Below are positions 51,393 to 61,292 of a stretch of 64,000 bases of DNA, piece after piece. The notes below the pieces were generated by a model. The model had not been told where the DNA came from, did no database searches, and was given only the letters and a program-made list of their open reading frames with translations. Both the position numbers and the translations under genes were made by a program. This DNA comes from Pseudomonadota bacterium. GTDB lineage: Bacteria > Desulfobacterota > Desulfobacteria > Desulfobacterales > RPRI01. Where the stretch lies: the NCBI GenBank assembly GCA_043825875.1, contig JBDRRF010000045.1, positions 10,668 through 74,667 on the forward strand. The letters run 5' to 3'. How positions within the stretch are numbered: position 1 is the first letter of the stretch; every line of letters starts with the position of its first letter.

Positions 51393-54300
51393 ATGACAAG
51401 ATATGTCAAATCTATAAAATATCTATTAATGATAATACTGCGTATATTTTTGATCGTATTGATATCAGTAATAGGGTGCTCATCACCGCTTAATGAAAAA
51501 TCTATTGTTGAAGAGTTTATTTTTGATAATCAAGGAAAAATACTTTCGAATGTTAAGCCTGATGGGAGTAAAATAGTTTTCAAATATAATGATAGAGCAT
51601 TACCTAAAGACATAATACTGCCAGATGATCAAGTACGTTACGGGTATGATAAAAACGGGAACAGAATCTGGATGGAAAACAAAACCGGCCGTACTGAATA
51701 TAAATATGATGCACTTGATCGAATAAAAGAAATTATATTTAGATACAGTCCTGTGAGAACCATTGAATATGATTATGACCCTTGGGGTAGAATGCATGGG
51801 ATTATAATAAAACAAGAAGGCCATAAAATATATCATATAAAGTATGAATATGACCTTCTGAATAATATTAAAAAAATTATCGACGGCAAAGAAATTATTG
51901 AGTTTGATTATGATATTGCACATGGTAAGGTAACTCGCAGATTACCTAACGGCATAAAAACAATTTATAATTACTCTCCCGCTGGTATGCTTAAGCTTCT
52001 AAAACATTTAAGCCCTCAAAATAAACTCATAGTCTCCTATCAATATAGTTATGACCATTCTGGTAGGATTATACGGATTATTGAAAAGACATTATCAAAT
52101 ACGCAAATTGTAAACTATCATTGGGATATAAATGGTAATCTTAAAAAGTTAATATTACCAGATGGTAGTATAATCTACTATGATTATGATGAGTTCGGAA
52201 GACGGTCTTCTTTATCAAGAAAAAATGAAACAATTGGTTTTAAATATGATGGTTTTGGAAGGCTTGTACAATCGGGTGTAACCCGATATGGCTGGAATGA
52301 AAATGGGAATCTAAGTTCTTATAAAGGCAAAAAAGACAGCATAGAATTTGATTATACTGCTACTGATATGCTTTCAGAAATAAGGGCAAGGGGTTTCAAA
52401 TCACAATTCAGGTATGATGGTGACGGCAACCAGATTGCAAGTAAAATACAGGATGACATTTCTTTTTATTTGCCGAATCCATTGACACCGCAAGGTAATA
52501 CACTGGCCGAATTTGATAAGCATGGGAACTTGCGTTTCACATATCTATATGGGAAAGGATTACTTGGACGTCGCAATTCAAATGGAAGCATGAATTATTG
52601 TCTTGAAGATGGTTTTGGCAGAATTCGCAATATTTCAGACATAAAAGGGCGAATATTATCTCACCAACAAATGGTCTCTGCAAGAATAGAACGTCGTATT
52701 ACAGCAGACAGAATGCGTAGTACTTTTGATAGAAGAATCAAAAAGGCATGGGAACTTATTGAAAAAGGGCAAAGACTGCCATTGCCTTCACAAAGTGAAA
52801 TAGAAGCTCATGACCGATACTGGACCGAAGGAATTTATAACACTTCAGATCCCTATTACAAGATGATTCAATCTCTTGATACGGCGCAGGACATTAGAGA
52901 CATAGATACTTTTTTTAAAGTGTATGTTTCAACTCATTTTCTTATAGCAAACGACATGGTGGTAAGGCCTATTGCAGCTTTAACGCGCGGCTGGGGATCA
53001 TTTTTTGTTAAACAGACTGCAAGAACAGTTCATGATTTATTAACTAATTTTATTGAGTCAGTCTCGTCTGACGGGACTTCCATAACCAAGAACATAAATG
53101 AAAAAGGTCTAAGAACGTATGAAGATATAGCGAGCTGGAGCAAGTTTGCTATAGATATTAATAAAGTATTAACAGATAATTTCTCTACAGAAAATGCACT
53201 ATTCCGGAAGTTTTTACTTAAGAAGAATACAAGAGTTGTGTGCCTTGCTGAAGGCAGCCCCAATGGTTTTAATTGGGCTTTGAAGGCAAAATCAATATAC
53301 ACGGTTGTTATAGGACCTGTGCAAACTAAAAGCAGATGGTTTTTTAATTGGGCGGGATTTGGGAAAGATACGGCGCCTATTGTATTCAAAAAAGCTGTTC
53401 AAAAAGCTATAAGTAAAGGAAGGGATATCGTAAGTGATCAGATATCCAAGCAAACCAAAGATAATAAAGATAATGATGAAGATGAAGAAAAAAGCAAAAT
53501 CAAACAAGATTCTCAACGCAAGAAGAAGAGAAATAAATATGGTCTAAACAGTTGGTGGAATAACTTCTTCTGTCCATGGTGTGATGATGGAGGTGGACCT
53601 CCTGGAGGTCCACCTCCTCCTCCACCCCCTCCTGGAGGGGGTGGAGGAGGTATATTTGGTGATGGGATTAGCAGTTTGAGCTTTATCTATGATCCTTTTG
53701 AATTCATTTCTGCTAAACTTGGAGGCATTGATCTTAATGCGGAGCCATTTGCTGCCGAGAATTTAGATATTGGGCAACTTAAAGCTGTTGTTTATGATCC
53801 AGATAGAAAACGACTTGTGCTGGTGGGAGATAAACAAGCAGATTTTCCATCGATTCGGGCAAGTGATCTTGCTGAAGCTTTTTTATTGGTTCATCATCCT
53901 AAATTTTATGGCCCCCAATTCACACTAGATCCGTCTGACCCCAAAAATCCAGAAGGTAAATGGCTTAAGGCCGTATATATTCCGGAAATTATTCGTGGTA
54001 CGGAAATAGGAAGAATAATGTTCCAAACCGATTGGCTACTCAAACAATATGCCTTTGGTGTTGAAATTGATGATGATAATAGGCTTAAAGAAAGACAATC
54101 TGGAGTTGAAGATTATAAAAGTCAGGCGGATATATCATTTCTTGCAAATTCATCAACAGTTGAAACAAAAGAATGGATTCAAAAACTTAAAAATAAATGC
54201 CATAATATTGACATTGATATAGGTGATTTATATTTAACTGATAAAGAACAGTGGGCCAGAATTTGGATAGAAGTAAAAGACAAAAAGGTTAAATTATACG

Positions 54301-56954
54301 GAAATGATAAGTCCATATTTATTGAAGAACCCATGATGTTAATTAAAGCAAAACAACAAGTAATTGACCCAACTAGCAAAACAGGGCTTCGAGATATTGA
54401 AAGTGACAATCCTTCGGCTAAATCATTTGCATGTGAATTTGAGTGCCTTTATGATGAAATTGCCCATGAATCACCTGAATTCGCAAGATTAAAAGAGTTG
54501 ACTAAGGCTATTGTGATTGCCAAATGGTTGAAGAAACAGGATATCAAACTTAGCAATGAATGGCTCCAGGAAAGTATAAATAAAAATACGCGTTATGTGG
54601 ATAGGGTTCCAACTCTTTCATGGAAAAAACAGCAGCGAATTGACAATCCTAGGCCTGGAATCAGATATAAAATAAATACTATTCATCTTTTTGGTGGAGT
54701 CGATCAGACAGTTGATCCTATATATATAAATGATAATTTCAAAGTTGCCAAAATTGAGTATGAGGTGAAAAGAAGACTTGAACAAAATGATTTGGAGAGA
54801 TTTGAATTTAATATAGGACAACAAGAATATTCAGGAGTGGTTATTTCTTTGGGGAAGTTGGTTAAAAAAAGAAAAAAGTCGAGAATAAAATATGTAGATG
54901 GAGTAAAATACGAGATCGGGGAAAATGGAAAGGTTGCGAAAAGTACTCTACCTAATGGTGTTACTGTTACCTGTTCATATGATACCAGTGGTAGGATGAA
55001 CAAAATCAAATTCAGAAATAATACAGGATGGAGTTTAAACGGCAGAAAAACGACATCCGGAAGCAACTGGAAACTTAATGGTCCAAGAGGAAATCAAATA
55101 GAATACCAATATGATCAATCAGGTGCTCTAAAATACATCTATATAGACGGGAAAAGAACAGCATCATATCATTACAATAATGAGCTTAAGAATGTGACGA
55201 TTCAATATCCAGAATATACGGAAGATTTTAGTTATGATGAAATCGGCAATATTACTGAATATAGTGTGAAAATTAGGAATCAAGATGAAGAAAAAATAAA
55301 TTATACCTATGATGATATGAGCAACATTTCTGCCATTTATAGTACTAATTTTGGAAAAATTGATATCTCTTACATTAAAAACACCACGCTTCCTGAAGAA
55401 ATAAAATCTCAAATAGGATCTATAAAATATACCTATAATTCTGAACTGGGAATAAATGATATTTATTTCCCTGAAGATCGTTCTATTCATTTCCAATATG
55501 AAGATAATAATGTAGAGAAGATTATTTTTAACAGTGGCAATAATAACTCTGAAATCTTATTTGACGAGAAAAATCGGATTGCTAAGATTGAAGAGATGGC
55601 AGGAGATACCTTAAAATTCAAATATACAAAGAGTGACAGACTTGATTCTGTTGTAAGCTTAAATGAAAAAGATACAAAATTTTTATATGATAAAGATAAC
55701 AGGTTATCGAGAATTAATTTCCCGGATGGCCGTCGGATTGATTGCGAATACAATAACAAGATTTCTCAGGTTGAAGATAAACAGCCGCCAATCCAAAACC
55801 TAAAGTTAAAAGAATATCCTGCAGTTGGAAGGGCTAAACCAAACAATAAAACGATAAAGAAAACAATACGGTTGAATGACCATATTTCGGATATTATAGA
55901 ATCCACTGGCAGTATGAAAAATACATTAGTGTTGGATGTATATCAGGATGAAAAGAAAAAGGTCTATTTAAATGTTATAAATCCAGAAGAAGCCAAAGCC
56001 AGAGAAGTAAAAAATGAAAAAGCAATAAAAATTGTTGAGGCGATAAACCTTTTATCTACTACAAAAGGCCGCATAGGAAATACTGTTAAGAAAAACATTG
56101 AGGAACTGCATAATATGATTTTTCCTTTAACTTCATCGGAGATACGCATATTACCTGATGGTGGGGAAATTAAGGTAAAACCAAGGTTATTAATCATTAG
56201 TAATATGTCAAATTATAAATATGCAAATCTTCATAAGATAAAAATGCTTTCTAATAACTACAAATTGTATATAAAAGAGCAGGATACACCGACTCAAGAA
56301 TTTATATCTAATATTAAGAATATTGCTAAAATAAATAAAAATAATGATAATGTAGCATTTATAGTGAGTTTGCCTGACACAATGAGTCAGGAGGTTCAAA
56401 AAGAATGGAAGGCACTAATAGCTAAATATAAATCTCTACTGGAAGAAGATAAAATACTCGTTGAACCTTCAAAAGCTGAATTTACGGAATTTATAAAAAA
56501 ACAGAGGGATGACATTGTGGTCATTGAAGTAACTCATAATGAAGATGGCCTAGTATTGAAAAATAATGAGAAAATTACATCAAGTGATATTTTACATTCC
56601 GGTAAATTATCCATAAATTATCTGTTAAGTGGTCTAGGAGTCTGTAGTTTAACCAATGCAGAAAAAGGTAAGTTGGTTTCCGCGTTTAGAAAATCTGGTG
56701 TAAAGGTCGTAAATGCATCATCGAAGCCCGTATCTTCCGAAATTGCCTTTAAACGAATAGAAATGTTTTACGAAGTACTAAAGAACCACAAAGATTATAA
56801 ATTTGATATTTACGGGGATGAAATCATTGATATTATAGACCAAATGCTAATAAAATCTAATGATACTATTAATAATATAAATATTGAAAAATTTAATGAA
56901 GGTCATATTAATATAAGTAAAAGGAATTTTATAGAAGACACTTTTTTCATATAA
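51393..56954 (+). CDS. RHS/YD-repeat protein (lipoprotein-like signal) with two YD blocks and a C-terminal CHAT/caspase-like domain
   Basis: ISVIGCSS lipobox-like motif; YD repeats at about aa 40-420 and 1170-1455; Gly/Pro linker; C-terminus VIEVTHN..GLGVCSL..LVSAFRKSGVKVVNASSKPV..MFYEVL. Confidence 0.85.
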   Translation: MTRYVKSIKYLLMIILRIFLIVLISVIGCSSPLNEKSIVEEFIFDNQGKILSNVKPDGSKIVFKYNDRALPKDIILPDDQVRYGYDKNGNRIWMENKTGRTEYKYDALDRIKEIIFRYSPVRTIEYDYDPWGRMHGIIIKQEGHKIYHIKYEYDLLNNIKKIIDGKEIIEFDYDIAHGKVTRRLPNGIKTIYNYSPAGMLKLLKHLSPQNKLIVSYQYSYDHSGRIIRIIEKTLSNTQIVNYHWDINGNLKKLILPDGSIIYYDYDEFGRRSSLSRKNETIGFKYDGFGRLVQSGVTRYGWNENGNLSSYKGKKDSIEFDYTATDMLSEIRARGFKSQFRYDGDGNQIASKIQDDISFYLPNPLTPQGNTLAEFDKHGNLRFTYLYGKGLLGRRNSNGSMNYCLEDGFGRIRNISDIKGRILSHQQMVSARIERRITADRMRSTFDRRIKKAWELIEKGQRLPLPSQSEIEAHDRYWTEGIYNTSDPYYKMIQSLDTAQDIRDIDTFFKVYVSTHFLIANDMVVRPIAALTRGWGSFFVKQTARTVHDLLTNFIESVSSDGTSITKNINEKGLRTYEDIASWSKFAIDINKVLTDNFSTENALFRKFLLKKNTRVVCLAEGSPNGFNWALKAKSIYTVVIGPVQTKSRWFFNWAGFGKDTAPIVFKKAVQKAISKGRDIVSDQISKQTKDNKDNDEDEEKSKIKQDSQRKKKRNKYGLNSWWNNFFCPWCDDGGGPPGGPPPPPPPPGGGGGGIFGDGISSLSFIYDPFEFISAKLGGIDLNAEPFAAENLDIGQLKAVVYDPDRKRLVLVGDKQADFPSIRASDLAEAFLLVHHPKFYGPQFTLDPSDPKNPEGKWLKAVYIPEIIRGTEIGRIMFQTDWLLKQYAFGVEIDDDNRLKERQSGVEDYKSQADISFLANSSTVETKEWIQKLKNKCHNIDIDIGDLYLTDKEQWARIWIEVKDKKVKLYGNDKSIFIEEPMMLIKAKQQVIDPTSKTGLRDIESDNPSAKSFACEFECLYDEIAHESPEFARLKELTKAIVIAKWLKKQDIKLSNEWLQESINKNTRYVDRVPTLSWKKQQRIDNPRPGIRYKINTIHLFGGVDQTVDPIYINDNFKVAKIEYEVKRRLEQNDLERFEFNIGQQEYSGVVISLGKLVKKRKKSRIKYVDGVKYEIGENGKVAKSTLPNGVTVTCSYDTSGRMNKIKFRNNTGWSLNGRKTTSGSNWKLNGPRGNQIEYQYDQSGALKYIYIDGKRTASYHYNNELKNVTIQYPEYTEDFSYDEIGNITEYSVKIRNQDEEKINYTYDDMSNISAIYSTNFGKIDISYIKNTTLPEEIKSQIGSIKYTYNSELGINDIYFPEDRSIHFQYEDNNVEKIIFNSGNNNSEILFDEKNRIAKIEEMAGDTLKFKYTKSDRLDSVVSLNEKDTKFLYDKDNRLSRINFPDGRRIDCEYNNKISQVEDKQPPIQNLKLKEYPAVGRAKPNNKTIKKTIRLNDHISDIIESTGSMKNTLVLDVYQDEKKKVYLNVINPEEAKAREVKNEKAIKIVEAINLLSTTKGRIGNTVKKNIEELHNMIFPLTSSEIRILPDGGEIKVKPRLLIISNMSNYKYANLHKIKMLSNNYKLYIKEQDTPTQEFISNIKNIAKINKNNDNVAFIVSLPDTMSQEVQKEWKALIAKYKSLLEEDKILVEPSKAEFTEFIKKQRDDIVVIEVTHNEDGLVLKNNEKITSSDILHSGKLSINYLLSGLGVCSLTNAEKGKLVSAFRKSGVKVVNASSKPVSSEIAFKRIEMFYEVLKNHKDYKFDIYGDEIIDIIDQMLIKSNDTINNINIEKFNEGHINISKRNFIEDTFFI
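53589..53650. repeat. Two adjacent perfect inverted repeats encoding a Gly/Pro linker
   Basis: 14-bp arms at 53589-53602 / 53604-53617 and 17-bp arms at 53616-53632 / 53634-53650, each centred on a single T. Confidence 0.9.
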
Positions 56955-57235
56955 AAATGGCAATATTTTATTAAGTAACCCAAGATTAAATAACTGAATA
57001 TTAGGTAATCTTAAATCTAATATTATTTAGCCTATGATGCCTAAATAACAGTTAAAATGTATGCTTACCTAAAAGAAGTTTTAGAAAAGAGCTGCAATAT
57101 ATACTCTCTTCAACATTTATAAACTCCATTAAGTTCATTTATAATTCTGATATCTCATTTATATGACTATTATGCAACCATGCTATTTTAGACATCTCAT
57201 AATAAGGGTTAAATTATTCAACTATCAATTCTATT

Positions 57236-58711
57236 ATAGTCGTTCCTGGAAAAGTATATTAATATATATAATTATTGGATAAAACTTATAAAATATGCTA
57301 TATAAATTTGCAAGAATTTAATATTAATCCTTTACTTTTCTTGCGATTTTTTATCATATGATACCAAAAAGATCAGCATTCAAAGGCAAGCAAACAGACC
57401 TTTTTCGTGTTGAATTGATCCAAATCATTGACCCTGGCCACAGTTTGGTAAAACTTACAAAGGTTGTAAACTGGTTACTATTGGAAGAAATTTTTGGAGC
57501 AACCTATTGCCCGGATTATGGGCGATCGGCTATCAGCACTCAATTGATGGTGGCACTTCATTATCTCAAATACACTTACAACCTGAGTGATGATGGTGTA
57601 GTATCCTGGTGGATAGAAAACCCTTATTGGCAATATTTTTCAGGGATGAAATGTTTTGAGCATGAAGCCCCTATTGACCCATCGAGTATGACCCGTTGGC
57701 GAAAGCGTATAGGAGAGGCTGGGACGGAAAAGCTTTTACAATAAACCATAGAGACAGGATTGAAAATAAAAGCAGTCAAGCCATCGCAACTAAAGAGAGT
57801 TAATGTGGATACCACAGTCCAGGAAAAAGAAATCCAGTTTCCAACAGATGCCAGATTGTATGATAGAGCAAGGGAAAAACTGGTAGATGCAGCAGAAAAA
57901 CGCGGAATTGATCTTCGTCAGAACTACAATCGTTTATCCAAACAAGAGCTGACGCAGCAAAGCCGGTATGCTCATGCCAAACAGATCAAAAGAGCAAAGA
58001 AATGCACTAAAAAGTTAAAAACATATTTGGGGCGTGTGATAAGAGATATTGAAAGAAAGTATCCAAAGCCCGATCATAAATTGGATGAATTGCTGAAGAT
58101 CAGTACTCGGATTAAAAATCAAAAACAAAAAGAAAAAAACAAGATTTACAGTGTACATGCCCCGGAAGTTGAGTGTATTAGCAAGGGGAAAGCACATAAG
58201 TGTTATGAATTTGGCTGTAAAGTAAGTGTGGCGGCCACCTCTAAAGGGGGTTGGTTTGTTGGCGCCATAGCGATCTATGGCAATCCGAACGATAGGCACA
58301 CATTAGAAGATAAACTCAAACAGGTAGAACAGATAGCCCATAAGCCGGAATATGCTTTTGTTGATATGGGTTACCGGGGCCACGGATACGAAGGAGATAT
58401 CAGTGTTCATGTAGACAAACGCAGACGGGGGAAAACAGCAAGAAGGCTATGGAAATGGATGAAGCGAAGAGCTGCTATAGAACCGGGAATCGGACATCTG
58501 AAACGTGAACACCAAATGGATCGCAATCGATTGAAAGGCAAGTATGGAGACCGGATAAATGCCATATTAAGTGCAGCTGAAATGAACTTTGCCAAGCTGC
58601 TTAAGTGGCTGGCAGATTTTTTGCGCCTTATTTTTGCCATGTTTTATAAATATCAAAGAACGTCTTTTAGCTTTACTAATTCTTGAAAATTGGTTTTTCA
58701 GCACCGACTAT
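57236..58711 (+). mobile_element. IS5-family insertion sequence
   Basis: Imperfect terminal inverted repeats ATAGTCGTTCCTGGAAAA and TTTTTCAGCACCGACTAT flank a DDE transposase. Confidence 0.85.
57358..58686 (+). pseudogene. IS5 transposase with a premature stop
   Basis: Two same-frame ORFs split by TAA at 57742-57744; motifs ENPYWQYFSG, VDTTVQEK, KIYSVHAPEVECISKGK, VDMGYRG and RRAAIEPGIGHLK. Confidence 0.9.
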
Positions 58712-58879
58712 TTACCTCTAACAAATAATATACGTAATATTTCTTTATTTGATGCCGGAAAAAATCTGTATGAAAAGTGGTTAATTTGTAGCGGTTTTGG
58801 TCAAATTTCCTTCATTTCCCTTACTATCTAACATATTGAAGCATTTCCAATCAGGACGGAAAACTTATATATATTTGTT

Positions 58880-59647
58880 TTACTTTCCCCGGCCCGAAAG
58901 TAAAGAATTTTTCTCTAACTGAAAAAAACTAACTAATATATCTTCGTTTTTCTGAAAGTGGGCAATCAAAGACAGTATCTTTTTTCGCACAAAGTCGGTA
59001 GATATTACCGAATTTAGCCATGCATCAGGAATAACCATTCCTGTCCTAGTCTGATAATATAAAAGCTCAACTGCCCATAATTCATCAACCTCATCATTTT
59101 GCCCCACACTATCAGAGAACTTGACAGTGACTTGCCATAGTAGATTGGGATACTGGGAGCTAACATCCTGGAAGCTCCCGTCAAGATATGTGATTAGGCG
59201 ATAATAACTAGAGCAACAGTAGGTAGCAGTCGATAACTGCGGATAAGGTGAAGGATAGATGTCCGATTCCTTATCTGAGGTCAAAACTTCCTTAAGATTA
59301 CCCAAAACCCTGAAAAAAATTATCGGTGCTTCACCTTTCTTTTCAAAAACGCCATAATGGGGGCAATTGAACGTGTATGCTTTATAGATATAGTTACCTG
59401 TCTTGCCATCTTTCAATACAAGGTTCCAATGAGTTTGAGCTCCTGCTCCACGGAATTCAACCCCCAAGGCCTCTGGGTGGCTATCGTCATTCCAGTCATA
59501 TATATAATCCTGTTTGTTTTCCCAATTATACTCTTGAATTATCCAGCCACCTTGCTTATTAGGTGAGTTTAGTTCTTTTTGCTCAGCCAATGCAACATGC
59601 CATCCCACAAGCAATACTGCAATAATAATCAAAGCATCTCTTTTCAT
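58880..59647 (-). CDS. Secreted hypothetical protein
   Basis: Signal peptide MKRDALIIIAVLLVGWHVALA. Confidence 0.7.
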   Translation of the reverse strand: MKRDALIIIAVLLVGWHVALAEQKELNSPNKQGGWIIQEYNWENKQDYIYDWNDDSHPEALGVEFRGAGAQTHWNLVLKDGKTGNYIYKAYTFNCPHYGVFEKKGEAPIIFFRVLGNLKEVLTSDKESDIYPSPYPQLSTATYCCSSYYRLITYLDGSFQDVSSQYPNLLWQVTVKFSDSVGQNDEVDELWAVELLYYQTRTGMVIPDAWLNSVISTDFVRKKILSLIAHFQKNEDILVSFFQLEKNSLLSGRGK

Positions 59648-59676
59648 ATTTTTTCCATTTCACCTATTATAATGTT

Positions 59677-60189
59677 TCAGCTTGATTCGCCAGATCTTGA
59701 GCATTGATATAAAATAGCATCTATAATATTAATTTCTTCCATAAACTTTTTAACTGACTCAGGGCTAAATGTCTTAATTTGATCATACTTAAAAAATATT
59801 TTCATTTGCTGTTTTATTGCTATTTTATGTTCTTTATCAATATGACTAATATAGGAATCAATATCTTCACTATATGTTTGGTTCCTTTTAAACCAATACT
59901 CTCCCTCATCATTAAAATAAGCATCATGATACTCTATAATATCGATTATGGTGTCACTCAGCTTTATTTCGTTAATTTCATTTGAAACACTTTTGATACC
60001 AAGCTTGCAGTTTAGTAAATTATAAAATAAGCCACGGAAATCATGAATTGAAATACCAAAATGCCGATTCTTTATTTCCTGATATTCTTCAACACGACGA
60101 ATTACTTCTGTTAGACTTAAATTAATATCCCCACCGGCGAACAAGAGACAAATTGCAATGATATCTTGACTTAGAATAGAGGCTGCCAT
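59677..60189 (-). CDS. Hypothetical protein
   Basis: 170-aa ORF between two co-directional genes. Confidence 0.5.
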   Translation of the reverse strand: MAASILSQDIIAICLLFAGGDINLSLTEVIRRVEEYQEIKNRHFGISIHDFRGLFYNLLNCKLGIKSVSNEINEIKLSDTIIDIIEYHDAYFNDEGEYWFKRNQTYSEDIDSYISHIDKEHKIAIKQQMKIFFKYDQIKTFSPESVKKFMEEINIIDAILYQCSRSGESS

Positions 60190-60347
60190 CTATATTTCAT
60201 TACGAGTTGATTTTTTTGGGGTCATATTAGAATTACTTTTAAATATTTATTATTATTTTCTAATTCTATTATAGTGTTATGTGAGTACCTATATTATTCT
60301 GTATTTATGGTGGTTTTAACTATGTATTAATTTGTCTTCTTCAATTC

Positions 60348-61292
60348 CTATTCAAACATTTCCAATGCGACTATCTTTGATTTTTCAGGTGCAACGCCCA
60401 TTTCTGTCAAAAGGGAATTAAACTCTTCATCACACAATTCAATTTGGCTTTCTATGCTGTGGGCATGGCATGTGAAAATGGTATGCTTAATACCTTCCAT
60501 CATATTGGCTGCGATTGCCTGTGCGGCAAACCAATCCCCGACAATGGTTAGATAGTCCTGGCTTTTTTTGGGTTTAACAGCAACAATTTCAATGTTTGCA
60601 GAAGATGATTTGAGGAATTCGACTAACTCAGTTAAACGGGCATATTTTGCTTTAGGCCCGTACTGTTTGTAATTTAGATAGGGATTCACGATCAATCTAC
60701 AACCTGCTTCTGAAACATGCTTTTCAAGAGCCTGTCTTTCTTGTCTTTGCATATGGCAGCGGTTTGCCCTGAAATGCTCACCGTCCTTCTGACATACCAT
60801 ACCGTGATACCCCAAAACCATTGTGGAATATTCGATCATCATCTCGGTTCTGTCTTCAGGCAGCTCTTCACAATAATATTGAGGCCTGGAAGTCTTTACG
60901 GCCTTGTTAACAAGTCTCTCGAATGTGCCTATCGAAAGTCTTGCCCGTAGTTCCTCCATGTTGTCGGTATATGAAACGGCAAGAAGATGCTGGAGCATTT
61001 CAACGGGAATCAGGTCAAGAGTTATGGGAAGAACGGGAATATCTAATGCTATTGTGTACCCAATTTCCTGGTGTACCCAACCTCTCGTACTGGATTCATC
61101 GGTAATGAATGGCATAAAGACATGGGAACAGGAGATGAAGTTTTTAATCTGGACATGAAAACTACCTCCATAAATGAAATTTGCATCCGACATCAGACGA
61201 AGATGATTAGCTTTCAAGATATCTTCGATTTCGTTTACTTTTTCACGATCTTTGTGAGAATAACTAATAAAGACCCTGTATTCTTTTGCCAT
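60348..61292 (-). CDS. TIR-domain protein
   Basis: YRVFISYSHKD..SHVFMPFITDESSTRGWVHQEIGY..VLPI; the putative catalytic Glu is present; C-terminal domain unknown. Confidence 0.85.
   Translation of the reverse strand: MAKEYRVFISYSHKDREKVNEIEDILKANHLRLMSDANFIYGGSFHVQIKNFISCSHVFMPFITDESSTRGWVHQEIGYTIALDIPVLPITLDLIPVEMLQHLLAVSYTDNMEELRARLSIGTFERLVNKAVKTSRPQYYCEELPEDRTEMMIEYSTMVLGYHGMVCQKDGEHFRANRCHMQRQERQALEKHVSEAGCRLIVNPYLNYKQYGPKAKYARLTELVEFLKSSSANIEIVAVKPKKSQDYLTIVGDWFAAQAIAANMMEGIKHTIFTCHAHSIESQIELCDEEFNSLLTEMGVAPEKSKIVALEMFE

Noticed and set aside
51393..56954. T6SS- or Tc-type RHS toxin with immunity gene
   Set aside because: No PAAR, VgrG or Tc genes, no canonical DPxG core end, and no small immunity ORF directly downstream.
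16437..60350. Amber (TAG) recoding suggested by in-frame TAGs at 16437-16439, 60190-60192 and 60348-60350
   Set aside because: TAG ends several intact operon genes normally, the GHKL gene has other lesions, and the IS5 lesion is TAA. Ordinary stops or decay are simpler explanations.
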